A stretch of DNA of 45,508 bases, taken from a virus. The position numbers and the translations under genes were made by a program. The notes below the pieces were generated by a model. It did not search any database and had not been told where the DNA came from. It saw nothing but the letters and a program-made list of their open reading frames with translations. Below, piece after piece: positions 1 to 7,087 of this stretch (position 1 is its first letter; the number at the start of each line of letters is the position of its first letter). The DNA lies in IMG/VR virus record IMGVR_UViG_3300031565_000079, positions 1 to 45,508 of that record. The stretch is one strand, 5' to 3'.

Positions 1-127
1 ATATACCGTTGAATGGCTTAATCCCAACAATACCGTAATCTATAGCAACCTTTATAGTGTATTGACTTTGTAGTCTTTCATATAGAGTTTTCATTAATAC
101 CCTAAATCCCTCTAAATCTTGTTCTCT
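1..127. repeat. Terminal exact repeat: bases 1-127 equal 45382-45508, so the contig closes on itself (unique length 45381 bp)
   Basis: Read directly. The window begins atataccgttgaatggcttaatcc and the same string restarts at 45382 and runs to the last base, ending gttctct in both copies. Confidence 0.95.
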
Positions 128-346
128 CTTATAATGATTACACCTTCGGCAACTTGGCATAAGATTTTCAGAAGAGTTTAATTTTAAACCGAATATCTTT
201 TCTGGGTTTCTATACGCTTCTATTGCATATTTGGATATCATGTGGTCGATTTGCATATCTTTATATTCCAATTCTTTTCCACAATAGGCACAATGTTTGT
301 TATATTTAAACCATACCTTTTGCCGTAATTCTTCTCTTTTATTTAT
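1..346 (-). CDS. HNH endonuclease (HNH_5-like); the gene wraps the circular junction and has no canonical start codon
   Basis: Hand translation of the minus strand: INKREELRQKVWFKYNKHCAYCGKELEYKDMQIDHMISKY...NLMPSCRRCNHYKREQDLEGF. This gives CxxC, DH, N and CxxCN motifs. The ORF continues past base 1 into 45381 and ends at a TAA at 45344-45346 (127 codons on the circle). There is no ATG/GTG/TTG between the in-frame TAG at 362-364 and the first CxxC. Confidence 0.6.
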   Translation of the reverse strand, partial: MNKREELRQKVWFKYNKHCAYCGKELEYKDMQIDHMISKYAIEAYRNPEKIFGLKLNSSENLMPSCRRCNHYKREQDLEGFRVLMKTLYERLQSQYTIKVAIDYGIVGIKPFNGI

Positions 347-767
347 CTTGCTTCGCCTCCTCTATAATATCTATAATTGATTTATAAATTTTTCTACCTA
401 TATTCCCCGATAATTTATCTATTGGATAACCCATTTCTTTTTTAAGTAATTCATTTATTTTATTAAAATCTTCTTTAGGAATTGGTGTAAAAATATCTTC
501 AGGATATGGATTTTGAGATAATTTTTCTTTTAATTCCTCCCATATCTGCCGATACTTCTCACCTTGTATTACTTTTTCATCTACTAACAATTCACCGAAG
601 ATTTCACGTTTTTTAAGGGTGTCTAATTCTTTTAGCAGGGTGATAATCTTCTTTACCCAATGGTTATATTTACTTTGATATTCTGGCATATCATCTTCTT
701 CCCCGATACAAAAATATAGTGTATTTTCTAAAAACATAATCGCCTCTTTGATTTCTTTAGCTTCCAT
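339..767 (-). CDS. Hypothetical protein, member A of the GEKY...W...KYFP small-protein paralog family
   Basis: Track ORF of 142 aa with RBS ggaggaggtgaaaagcgATG. Residues 8-37 are encoded by a 93-bp stretch identical to part of ORF 43983-44351. The GEKYRQIWEE segment is encoded by a 36-bp stretch identical to part of ORF 45112-45354. Confidence 0.8.
   Translation of the reverse strand: MEAKEIKEAIMFLENTLYFCIGEEDDMPEYQSKYNHWVKKIITLLKELDTLKKREIFGELLVDEKVIQGEKYRQIWEELKEKLSQNPYPEDIFTPIPKEDFNKINELLKKEMGYPIDKLSGNIGRKIYKSIIDIIEEAKQDK
532..567. repeat. 36-bp perfect direct repeat, copy 1 (partner 45215-45250)
   Basis: aattcctcccatatctgccgatacttctcaccttgt occurs at both places. The flanking bases differ. 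Confidence 0.9.
657..749. repeat. 93-bp perfect direct repeat, copy 1 (partner 44250-44342)
   Basis: Base-by-base comparison: ccaatggttatatttactttgatattctggcatatc...aacataatcgcctcttt is identical in both copies, and the flanking bases differ. Confidence 0.9.
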
Positions 768-1026
768 CGCTTTTCACCTCCTCCTCTTTCCTCCATCGTT
801 CATTTCTTTCAAGACAATCCCAGACAAAATAAACCCAATTACCTTGGTATTTCTCTTCGATGGTTTTCTCAAAATCAGGTTTCTTTTTCAGCCACTCTCT
901 CAAACTTACTAGTGTAGAATTAACCAAGTCCTCTCCGAATCTTCTATTCCAAGCTGCTCGTATGTCGTCTTCGATGTACCAAGCCCAGATCTCGAAATCA
1001 AATTCGACTTCGTTGTATTCATTCAA
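757..1026 (-). CDS. Hypothetical protein (89 aa, Trp/acidic-rich)
   Basis: Track ORF with a TTG start preceded by gggggaa. It overlaps the next gene by 11 nt and sits in the co-directional gene chain. Confidence 0.55.
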   Translation of the reverse strand: MNEYNEVEFDFEIWAWYIEDDIRAAWNRRFGEDLVNSTLVSLREWLKKKPDFEKTIEEKYQGNWVYFVWDCLERNERWRKEEEVKSDGS

Positions 1027-1053
1027 ACTTCATTCCCCCATAAATCCCAATCT

Positions 1054-2295
1054 TTATTCCATTATCCATGATGGCTTCCAATCCTTTAATAAATCTTTTA
1101 ACCTAATTAGTTCTTTTTCTGTCCATTTTTCAAAGTTTGCATTATATCCCAATTTTTCTTTAAACTTTGCATTATCCTCCAAACATAATCCCTTCCTTAA
1201 TTCCTGAATTTTCTCGATTAATACATCTTTAGTTAGGGAAAAATCGTCATTTTTATCGACTTTCTCTAATGGTTCTCTTGGAGTAACGAATGGACTTGTT
1301 TCTTTTTCTTTTGCTTCTAATTCTCTCTTATCTCGTTCTCCTAATCCTTGATCTTTGCCATACCAATATTCCCAGTATCTAATACCTTGAGCTTTAGTTA
1401 ATTTATCTGCCTTACCTATTTTTTTAACTTCTTCTTTGGTGATATATTGAGAATCAACTATACCCCCCATTTTTTTACCTTCTTCGTTGATGTAGCCATA
1501 AATTTGTTTCTTCTGTAATATGGTAGCCATCTTATCGTTGACTGGTTCTGCCAAATGAGGATTTTTTACTAAATCTTCTCCTGGCATAGTATCTTTGACA
1601 ATTTCTTTAGCCTTGGCGATCCGTTCTTCTTTAGGTTCTAATCTTTCTTTATATTCTTTTGGTATATAAGGATTCTCTTTTACTTCTGTTGCTGTTCCAC
1701 CGAACTCTTTGGTTATGGCTTCACTTGTTATCTTGCAATTATAGATGTAACCCACTATCCTATCGGCAAACTTATAGTATTCTTTTTCAAAATTTTCATC
1801 GTTGGGAAAAATATCTTTACCTACCATTTCAGTAACTGCCTTAATAGCACACTCTCTTACGATACATTTATTATTTTCAATTTCTCGAAAGGTCTTATCG
1901 TGCCAGTAATCATCTTTGGTATATTCCTTCGGGTTTCCTTCGGGTTTTTGAGTGGTTTCTTGGGTAGATTGCATAGGTTTCTCTTGTGAAACATCTTCAT
2001 CCTTTTGAATTTCGTCTATGACTTTTCCATTGACGGATTTATCAGGTTGATTTTTCTTATTTGTAAATTCTTTTACTTTCCCGCTTACTTTAATACAAGC
2101 TCCTTTTATAATTTTATCCTCTTCGCTATCAAGATAAATCCAACAACCTTGCTCACCTGTAGAATCTGCAATTACTACCCATTGAGAAACACCATACTGA
2201 CCAGTCATTGGAGCTTTTGCAAACTTAACATTGCCTTCAATCTCTACCACATCACCTTCTTTCGTTCTTGACATTTCATTTAATTTAATTTCCAT
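1054..2295 (-). CDS. Hypothetical protein with a possible N-terminal OB-fold (possible ssDNA-binding or recombination protein)
   Basis: Track ORF of 413 aa with RBS gagggaggtgaaataaATG. The N-terminal ~95 aa (GDVVEIEGNV...SQWVVIADSTGEQGCWIYLD...IKVSGKVKEF) look like an OB barrel. It lies near a PD-(D/E)XK nuclease gene. The function is an inference. Confidence 0.75.
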   Translation of the reverse strand: MEIKLNEMSRTKEGDVVEIEGNVKFAKAPMTGQYGVSQWVVIADSTGEQGCWIYLDSEEDKIIKGACIKVSGKVKEFTNKKNQPDKSVNGKVIDEIQKDEDVSQEKPMQSTQETTQKPEGNPKEYTKDDYWHDKTFREIENNKCIVRECAIKAVTEMVGKDIFPNDENFEKEYYKFADRIVGYIYNCKITSEAITKEFGGTATEVKENPYIPKEYKERLEPKEERIAKAKEIVKDTMPGEDLVKNPHLAEPVNDKMATILQKKQIYGYINEEGKKMGGIVDSQYITKEEVKKIGKADKLTKAQGIRYWEYWYGKDQGLGERDKRELEAKEKETSPFVTPREPLEKVDKNDDFSLTKDVLIEKIQELRKGLCLEDNAKFKEKLGYNANFEKWTEKELIRLKDLLKDWKPSWIME

Positions 2296-2442
2296 TTATT
2301 TCACCTCCCTCTCTAATAAAATTTTATAATCTCTAACTATTTTCCTTAACCGTTCATTCTCATCCATTAATTCATCTCTCACTTCTTTTAAAGTTGTATT
2401 CTCATCTTCTAAATCTTCTATTTTATCTTCCAACTGTCCCAT
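2296..2442 (-). CDS. Small coiled-coil protein (48 aa)
   Basis: Hand translation gives MGQLEDKIEDLEDENTTLKEVRDELMDENERLRKIVRDYKILLEREVK. The stop codon directly abuts the ATG of the next gene. The ORF is below the track size cut-off. Confidence 0.45.
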   Translation of the reverse strand: MGQLEDKIEDLEDENTTLKEVRDELMDENERLRKIVRDYKILLEREVK

Positions 2443-2445
2443 AAT

Positions 2446-2856
2446 CTATTCCTCCTCGAATATAATTATTTTGCCTTTTAGGATGTGGATGTCGTACTTT
2501 TCTATAAATTCTTTTAAATCTTTAAAAGAGCCATAGGTATGGTTTTTATTTGTTTGTTTATCAACTCTTACCAAAGTATATATAGCTTCATCGTCTTTCC
2601 AGTCTTTTATTAACATCCCTACCCAACCATTATCGTTCCACCTGCAGAAGCACGGAAACTTTATCTTATCGAGGTTCTCGTCATTAACCCAGTTGCCCTT
2701 ATCTATTGTCCCTTTGTAATATATTCTATTTTCTTTAAGATATAGAGGTTGTCTTTTGCCCCTAATACAAATCTCCCCTATATGTTCCTCTTTTTTCTTC
2801 TCCTTCTTCGCTTTCACTACTTCTACTTCCAAATATGGTCTATCCTGTAAATTCAC
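2446..2856 (-). CDS. Hypothetical protein (136 aa)
   Basis: Track ORF with a GTG start after aaggaggtgaagaa and a GTGA overlap with the upstream gene. Confidence 0.65.
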   Translation of the reverse strand: MNLQDRPYLEVEVVKAKKEKKKEEHIGEICIRGKRQPLYLKENRIYYKGTIDKGNWVNDENLDKIKFPCFCRWNDNGWVGMLIKDWKDDEAIYTLVRVDKQTNKNHTYGSFKDLKEFIEKYDIHILKGKIIIFEEE

Positions 2857-3044
2857 TTCTTCACCTCCTTTCGTTTTTTCATTCTCAATCTTTCTTCTAA
2901 CTCTTTAAAAGCTTTTGGGTTTTCCATAAGTTTTAATAATTCCATTTCCTCTAACATTTTATTTTTTGCAAGAGTATAATAGTAATACATCTTTGTTTCA
3001 ATCCAATTATTAGTGTCCCTTAAAGCCTTTTCTCCCTTATTCAT
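2853..3044 (-). CDS. Hypothetical protein (63 aa); its N-terminus MNKGEKAL resembles that of ORF 40284-40538
   Basis: Start trimmed to the ATG at 3044, which follows gaaaggaggaataATG. The track start at 3074 lies inside the conserved 15-nt motif. Confidence 0.6.
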   Translation of the reverse strand: MNKGEKALRDTNNWIETKMYYYYTLAKNKMLEEMELLKLMENPKAFKELEERLRMKKRKEVKK

Positions 3045-3057
3045 TATTCCTCCTTTC

Positions 3058-3072
3058 GTTTCTCTGCGAAAC
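3058..3072 (-). promoter_or_regulatory. Conserved 15-nt hairpin motif GTTTCGCAGAGAAAC (as read on the minus strand), copy 1
   Basis: Exact 15-mer lying between the nuclease stop (3074) and the RBS of the next gene. The stem is GTTTC/GAAAC with a 5-nt loop. Confidence 0.6.
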
Positions 3073-3073
3073 A

Positions 3074-3727
3074 CTACCTTAATTGTTTTTGAAGATTATA
3101 AATCCCTAAACAATGCTTGAATACTTTCCAGCACAGACTTAATTTCTTCTCAGGAATTTCCTGAAATTCAAAACCTTCCATCTCAATTCTTCCTACTCTT
3201 AAAATTGCACAGTTTTTAACCTTATGCCCTGTTTCTCTTAATAACTGTCGGTAAGCACAGACTTGAATAAAATGTTCTGGGTAAAGTGCTTTACAGGTTT
3301 TGTAGTCAATTAAAGTAGGAATACCATCAAGTAAACAGTAATTGTCTATCGTTCCGCCATACTGGTACTTTTCGCTTACTAAAGGAACTTCTAATAAAAG
3401 TGGCTCAACGGTGTGATGGTTTTTCCAATTTATATATTTTTCATAACTCTTTAGTGCAATTTCAATTTGTACAGCAGTATAGTATGAAGTATCAGTATCT
3501 TTAAAACCAAGGTCTCCAAACATCATCTCATGAACCAAAGTTCCGATATCGGCTTTGTCATCTACATAATCTCTTACATTAATTCCCTGTAATCCTAAAT
3601 TATTAGCCCAGGGAACTAATAACGGTTTGTTTATTACCCCAAGAATTGTAGTTGTGCCTGGTAATCTTTTTCCTTCTTTGTTAAAGTAACTTACATGAGC
3701 TTTTATTCTCTTGCCCGATTTCTCCAT
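3074..3727 (-). CDS. PD-(D/E)XK (RecB/Cas4-like fold) nuclease
   Basis: Track ORF of 217 aa with motifs GTLVHEMM, TIDNY, LIDYKT ((D/E)xK) and QVCAYRQL (QxxxY). It has no Cas4-type cysteine cluster. Confidence 0.65.
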   Translation of the reverse strand: MEKSGKRIKAHVSYFNKEGKRLPGTTTILGVINKPLLVPWANNLGLQGINVRDYVDDKADIGTLVHEMMFGDLGFKDTDTSYYTAVQIEIALKSYEKYINWKNHHTVEPLLLEVPLVSEKYQYGGTIDNYCLLDGIPTLIDYKTCKALYPEHFIQVCAYRQLLRETGHKVKNCAILRVGRIEMEGFEFQEIPEKKLSLCWKVFKHCLGIYNLQKQLR

Positions 3728-3741
3728 AATAAAACCCCCTT

Positions 3742-3939
3742 TTAAAGTACCCTACGTGGTACTACTTTCTTTAATGCTTCTTTTACCATGTCAATGCCCT
3801 TGAAATTTCTTTTCTTTTGAGCCTCTGTTAGTTCTTCTTTTTTAAATGGTTTTTGAACCACATAAGGCTCTTCTTTTTCTTCCTCTTCTAAAAACGGATT
3901 CTTTTCCACCTTTATATATCTCCTTTTCTTAATCTCCAA
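3742..3939 (-). CDS. Hypothetical basic/acidic protein (65 aa)
   Basis: Track ORF in the co-directional chain. It overlaps the upstream HNH gene by 28 nt. Confidence 0.45.
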   Translation of the reverse strand: MEIKKRRYIKVEKNPFLEEEEKEEPYVVQKPFKKEELTEAQKKRNFKGIDMVKEALKKVVPRRVL

Positions 3940-4280
3940 TGTAAAATCGTATGTCCGCTATTTGTCATTAATTTTAGATTTTCTATTCTATTATCATCTT
4001 TTATACAATTCTTATGATGAACAACTTCTTTGGGATTCAATTTCCTTCCTAAATATCTTTCCATTTCTAATCTATGTTCTTTAATGTATTTTCCATCAGA
4101 TTGTAAAACTTTAATAAATCCTCTTTCTTCTTTTGTTTTTCCACCTTTCCAGTTATGGGGGATATTCCTTCGTGGAATATTAAGTTTTACCATCCAATAC
4201 CATATTGTTGTATTGTCTACATCACAAATTTTGGCAATTTCAACTATTGTCATGACTTCATTCCAATATTTATTGAACAA
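3912..4280 (-). CDS. HNH homing-type endonuclease with an N-terminal HTH
   Basis: Track ORF of 122 aa with WKGGKT...EHRLEMERYLGRKL..EVVHHKNCIKDDNRIENLKLMTNSGH. It is a paralog of ORF 34161-34670. Confidence 0.75.
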   Translation of the reverse strand: MFNKYWNEVMTIVEIAKICDVDNTTIWYWMVKLNIPRRNIPHNWKGGKTKEERGFIKVLQSDGKYIKEHRLEMERYLGRKLNPKEVVHHKNCIKDDNRIENLKLMTNSGHTILHWRLRKGDI

Positions 4281-4435
4281 CCATTTTCTATTTCTATACT
4301 GTTTATTAATAAAAATACCCCCTTTTTTTTGCTTTATTTAATTTTTGTAAAGAAAGTTATACTTTATACCAAACTTCTGAAATTTGCATGTCCGACCCCC
4401 TAAAAAATCAATTCTGGAGCGATTGGGGGCATTTT

Positions 4436-4837
4436 TCACACCTTAACGTATCTTTTCTCCCTGCAAATAATCCTCTTACATGATTCACAATATTTTTGTC
4501 TGGGATTACCTACGAAAGACTTACCACATCTTTGACAATCTAACTTAATTTTGCCGATAATAGGGCTTTCACTTTCAATAATGTTTTCCTTATCTTCTTG
4601 TGATAATTCATATCCTATTTTTTTCGCCTTTATATCGGCTTTATAGAGTTCTTCTAATTGAGGATTCATTGGTAATACTGCTCTCTCAAAATATCCACAT
4701 CTTTTATCCTTGGATAAAGAACATTGACAATCTTCTTCATACTCTCTGTCACAATAATCCTTAATATCATTGAGCAAAGCACTATAACAAGCACATTCAT
4801 TAACTATTAAACGTTTAATTTGTAGTTCAATCTTCAT
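4436..4837 (-). CDS. Cysteine-rich protein with a C-terminal zinc ribbon
   Basis: Track ORF of 133 aa with RBS taagggggattaaaATG. Cysteine pairs include CACY, CDREYEEDCQC and CQRCGK...CESCKRIIC. Confidence 0.65.
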   Translation of the reverse strand: MKIELQIKRLIVNECACYSALLNDIKDYCDREYEEDCQCSLSKDKRCGYFERAVLPMNPQLEELYKADIKAKKIGYELSQEDKENIIESESPIIGKIKLDCQRCGKSFVGNPRQKYCESCKRIICREKRYVKV

Positions 4838-4848
4838 TTTAATCCCCC

Positions 4849-5997
4849 TTATTCAACTTTGTTTAATATGTCTTGTTGGTCTTTATAAAGCGGTCGTTCA
4901 AATATATAACTAAATCCTTTCCAGTTGAGCCACTCTGCCACTCTCGTTCCCTCATGAGCCAAATGTCCGCCTTCAATAAAACTATACCCTGTGCCAGTTT
5001 GAGTAATTAGTCCTCCGTGGAATAGTGCAATCAAGAAACCATTCTGGTCAAAAATACCTGAACCTGAACTACCTGGTGCTGATGGGATGTCAATTTTTAC
5101 TTGATCCATCCAGCCAAGACCATCCGTACCAATGCCTAAATCTAAATGGGTCTGATTGATATGTCCCTGGTCTGTACTAAATGGTAATGCTAATGGGGCA
5201 TGTCTGATCCAGACCTTCTCACCTACTTCACATTCAGTCTGTCGGAATGTAGCATAAGGTTGAAATGCCACGTTTTTGATTTGTAAAATACCTACATCAA
5301 GTCCTTTATCGTATCCCACACAAACTGCTTCAATGTCATAATTTTGGTCTGCACTAATTTTGATACTTGCCTTATTCACGGTAGCTATCCAGAAAGTAGG
5401 TTCTCCCATTTTATCTACAAGATAAGAATATTTTTGAGATATTGGTCTTGCACCTGCTTTAATCTCTGCTTTAGGTGGGTCAATACTCGTTTTGATATCT
5501 TTCTCCTCATAAACGTTAATAGGTTCTGTTTTGCTTCCCAGATTTAATTTATCTACGAGAGGTTGTACAACATGATAGTTTGTCATTACTAAAGTTTCTG
5601 CGTAGATAACTTTATCCTGGGATTGTAATGCTTCTGGTAATATACTGGAATAGATTATAGTTCCCGTTCCATAAATAGCAGTCTCCACAATTTTATCTTT
5701 TTCATCTTTGTCGTCCCCAATCCATTCACCATACTTCACTAAATAACCTTGTTTATACCAGACTTTTTCATCCTCATTTAATTTCTTGAACTCCTCATCG
5801 GTTAACTTCACTCCTTCTTCAAATTTGTAAAAGGATAGTTGTCTATAAACTTGCTGTACGGGTATTCTGACCTGAACTCCCACCCTTTCAACGAAATCAA
5901 TCACATCTTTTTCATTAATCGGTGGAGAAGCCCATTCTGCTAAAACAGGTAATGCTAAAAAGGCTACAATAAATATCGCTAGTAAAATCTTCTTCAT
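4849..5997 (-). CDS. Secreted trypsin-like (S1/Trypsin_2-type) serine protease
   Basis: Track ORF of 382 aa with signal peptide MKKILLAIFIVAFLALPVLAEW. The candidate triad is TNYHVV (His), GLDVGILQI (Asp) and PGSSGSGIF (Ser). Confidence 0.6.
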   Translation of the reverse strand: MKKILLAIFIVAFLALPVLAEWASPPINEKDVIDFVERVGVQVRIPVQQVYRQLSFYKFEEGVKLTDEEFKKLNEDEKVWYKQGYLVKYGEWIGDDKDEKDKIVETAIYGTGTIIYSSILPEALQSQDKVIYAETLVMTNYHVVQPLVDKLNLGSKTEPINVYEEKDIKTSIDPPKAEIKAGARPISQKYSYLVDKMGEPTFWIATVNKASIKISADQNYDIEAVCVGYDKGLDVGILQIKNVAFQPYATFRQTECEVGEKVWIRHAPLALPFSTDQGHINQTHLDLGIGTDGLGWMDQVKIDIPSAPGSSGSGIFDQNGFLIALFHGGLITQTGTGYSFIEGGHLAHEGTRVAEWLNWKGFSYIFERPLYKDQQDILNKVE

Positions 5998-6003
5998 TTT
6001 TTT

Positions 6004-6099
6004 TCACCTCCTCCTTGTAATATATTTTAGAAAGAAAGCTAACCCAATTACAAAAACTATAATAATGGGAAACTTAATTAAAAAAGCGATGTTATTCAT
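6004..6099 (-). CDS. Possible 31-aa hydrophobic peptide
   Basis: Hand translation gives MNNIAFLIKFPIIIVFVIGLAFFLKYITRRR. It has an ATGA overlap with the upstream gene. It is very short, so the call is tentative. Confidence 0.3.
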   Translation of the reverse strand: MNNIAFLIKFPIIIVFVIGLAFFLKYITRRR

Positions 6100-6434
6100 T
6101 GGTTCTCCTTAAATAAAACAACACATATCAAGGAATATATTGCTAAATCTTTTAAGGTATCTTCTATGCTCTCATTTTTTACTTTGTATTCTTCTTTTTT
6201 AGCGAAGCTACATAGCCTTGAAAATTTATCACTCATTCTGACAAGACAACCTTTCCAGGCAGGTATTCCCATCATTTCGCTTAATTTCAAATTCCTGAAT
6301 GGATCACCTTCTCCTGAATAGTCATGATTTTTATTGGAATGTATTTCTTTCAACTCGTCTAATAATTTATAAAAGTCAGGATGTCCGTAATATTTTTTGT
6401 CTACCTTTAATCCTCTATATTCTTTCTCTGTCAT
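6096..6434 (-). CDS. All-alpha MazG-like/DUF1599-like protein (possible nucleotide pyrophosphohydrolase)
   Basis: Track ORF of 112 aa. The pattern KNHDYSGEGDPFRN...VRMSDKFSRL...ESIEDTLKDLAIYS matches my recollection of the DUF1599/MazG helical family. It needs an HMM check. Confidence 0.45.
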   Translation of the reverse strand: MTEKEYRGLKVDKKYYGHPDFYKLLDELKEIHSNKNHDYSGEGDPFRNLKLSEMMGIPAWKGCLVRMSDKFSRLCSFAKKEEYKVKNESIEDTLKDLAIYSLICVVLFKENQ

Positions 6435-6817
6435 ACTTGTCTCCTTTGAAAATAATCATCTTGCATTACTATGTCGTAAGCCTTTAACCAACCAGGAAAT
6501 CCACCTAAATTGAGATCATCGATATAATAATCACCATACACTTTCCTGGTATTCCACCATTGTATTTCCTCTACATTTTCATTGATTTGTTCAAAATACT
6601 GCAATATATCATGTTTTTTTAAAACTGATTTCACAAAATCCAAACTATCTTCGTTTCGTGTAGTCCAGACTATTAATCGGCAACCATTGTAAAATAAATT
6701 TTCTATAATCTTCTTACAATCAGGCATTAGTTGTGTGCCTTTATCATCGTATCTTTTAGCCTTTCTTATTGTTCCATCGAAATCTATAGCTAAAATCGGT
6801 CTATCTAAATATGCCAT
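6431..6817 (-). CDS. HAD-superfamily phosphatase (nucleotidase-like)
   Basis: Track ORF of 128 aa with DxDxT motif AIDFDGTI, motif II VWTTR and the C-terminal acidic motif GDYYIDD. Confidence 0.65.
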   Translation of the reverse strand: MAYLDRPILAIDFDGTIRKAKRYDDKGTQLMPDCKKIIENLFYNGCRLIVWTTRNEDSLDFVKSVLKKHDILQYFEQINENVEEIQWWNTRKVYGDYYIDDLNLGGFPGWLKAYDIVMQDDYFQRRQV

Positions 6818-6829
6818 TACATTACCCCC

Positions 6830-7087
6830 TTAATCAGTGAATCCTGCTTTTATCTCACTTACAGGTTCACCATTATATTCTTCAGGTTTCTCTGCGAAAC
6901 TTTCCACCGCCATCTCAAAGTGATATTTCAATTCTTCACCCTTTGGCACTCTGTTCTTTAACAGTAAATGTCCATTAATTTTTATTTCTATTTCTTCTCC
7001 TGCTCCTAATGAAAAATCAGTATGGTATTTATATTCATTTCTTTCATCGCTGTAATAAAATTTAGTTAATGGTTTCCAGACTTTCAT
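6830..7087 (-). CDS. Hypothetical protein (85 aa)
   Basis: Track ORF with an ATGA-type overlap with the upstream gene. It contains an internal copy of the 15-nt motif. Confidence 0.55.
   Translation of the reverse strand: MKVWKPLTKFYYSDERNEYKYHTDFSLGAGEEIEIKINGHLLLKNRVPKGEELKYHFEMAVESFAEKPEEYNGEPVSEIKAGFTD
6886..6900 (-). promoter_or_regulatory. Conserved 15-nt motif GTTTCGCAGAGAAAC, copy 2 (inside a CDS)
   Basis: Exact 15-mer in the same orientation relative to transcription as the other copies. It encodes SFAEKP. Confidence 0.4.

Noticed and set aside
860-1207. Plus-strand ORFs lying antisense to long minus-strand genes. Examples are 860-1207, 2005-2271, 4030-4403, 5344-5547, 7261-7485, 10190-10456, 10554-10793, 16685-17117, 17338-18011, 19048-19822, 22668-23172, 28794-29033, 29362-29659, 33243-33467, 38760-39017 and 43879-44271.
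   Set aside because: They have no ribosome-binding sites and low-complexity, Phe/Ser/Leu-rich translations typical of the reverse strand of AT-rich genes. Each is fully covered by a better-supported minus-strand gene.
4401-4420. 14-nt word AAAATCAATTCTGG shared between 4405-4420 and 37869-37884.
   Set aside because: A single pair of 14-mers is within chance expectation for an AT-rich 45-kb sequence compared with itself on both strands.
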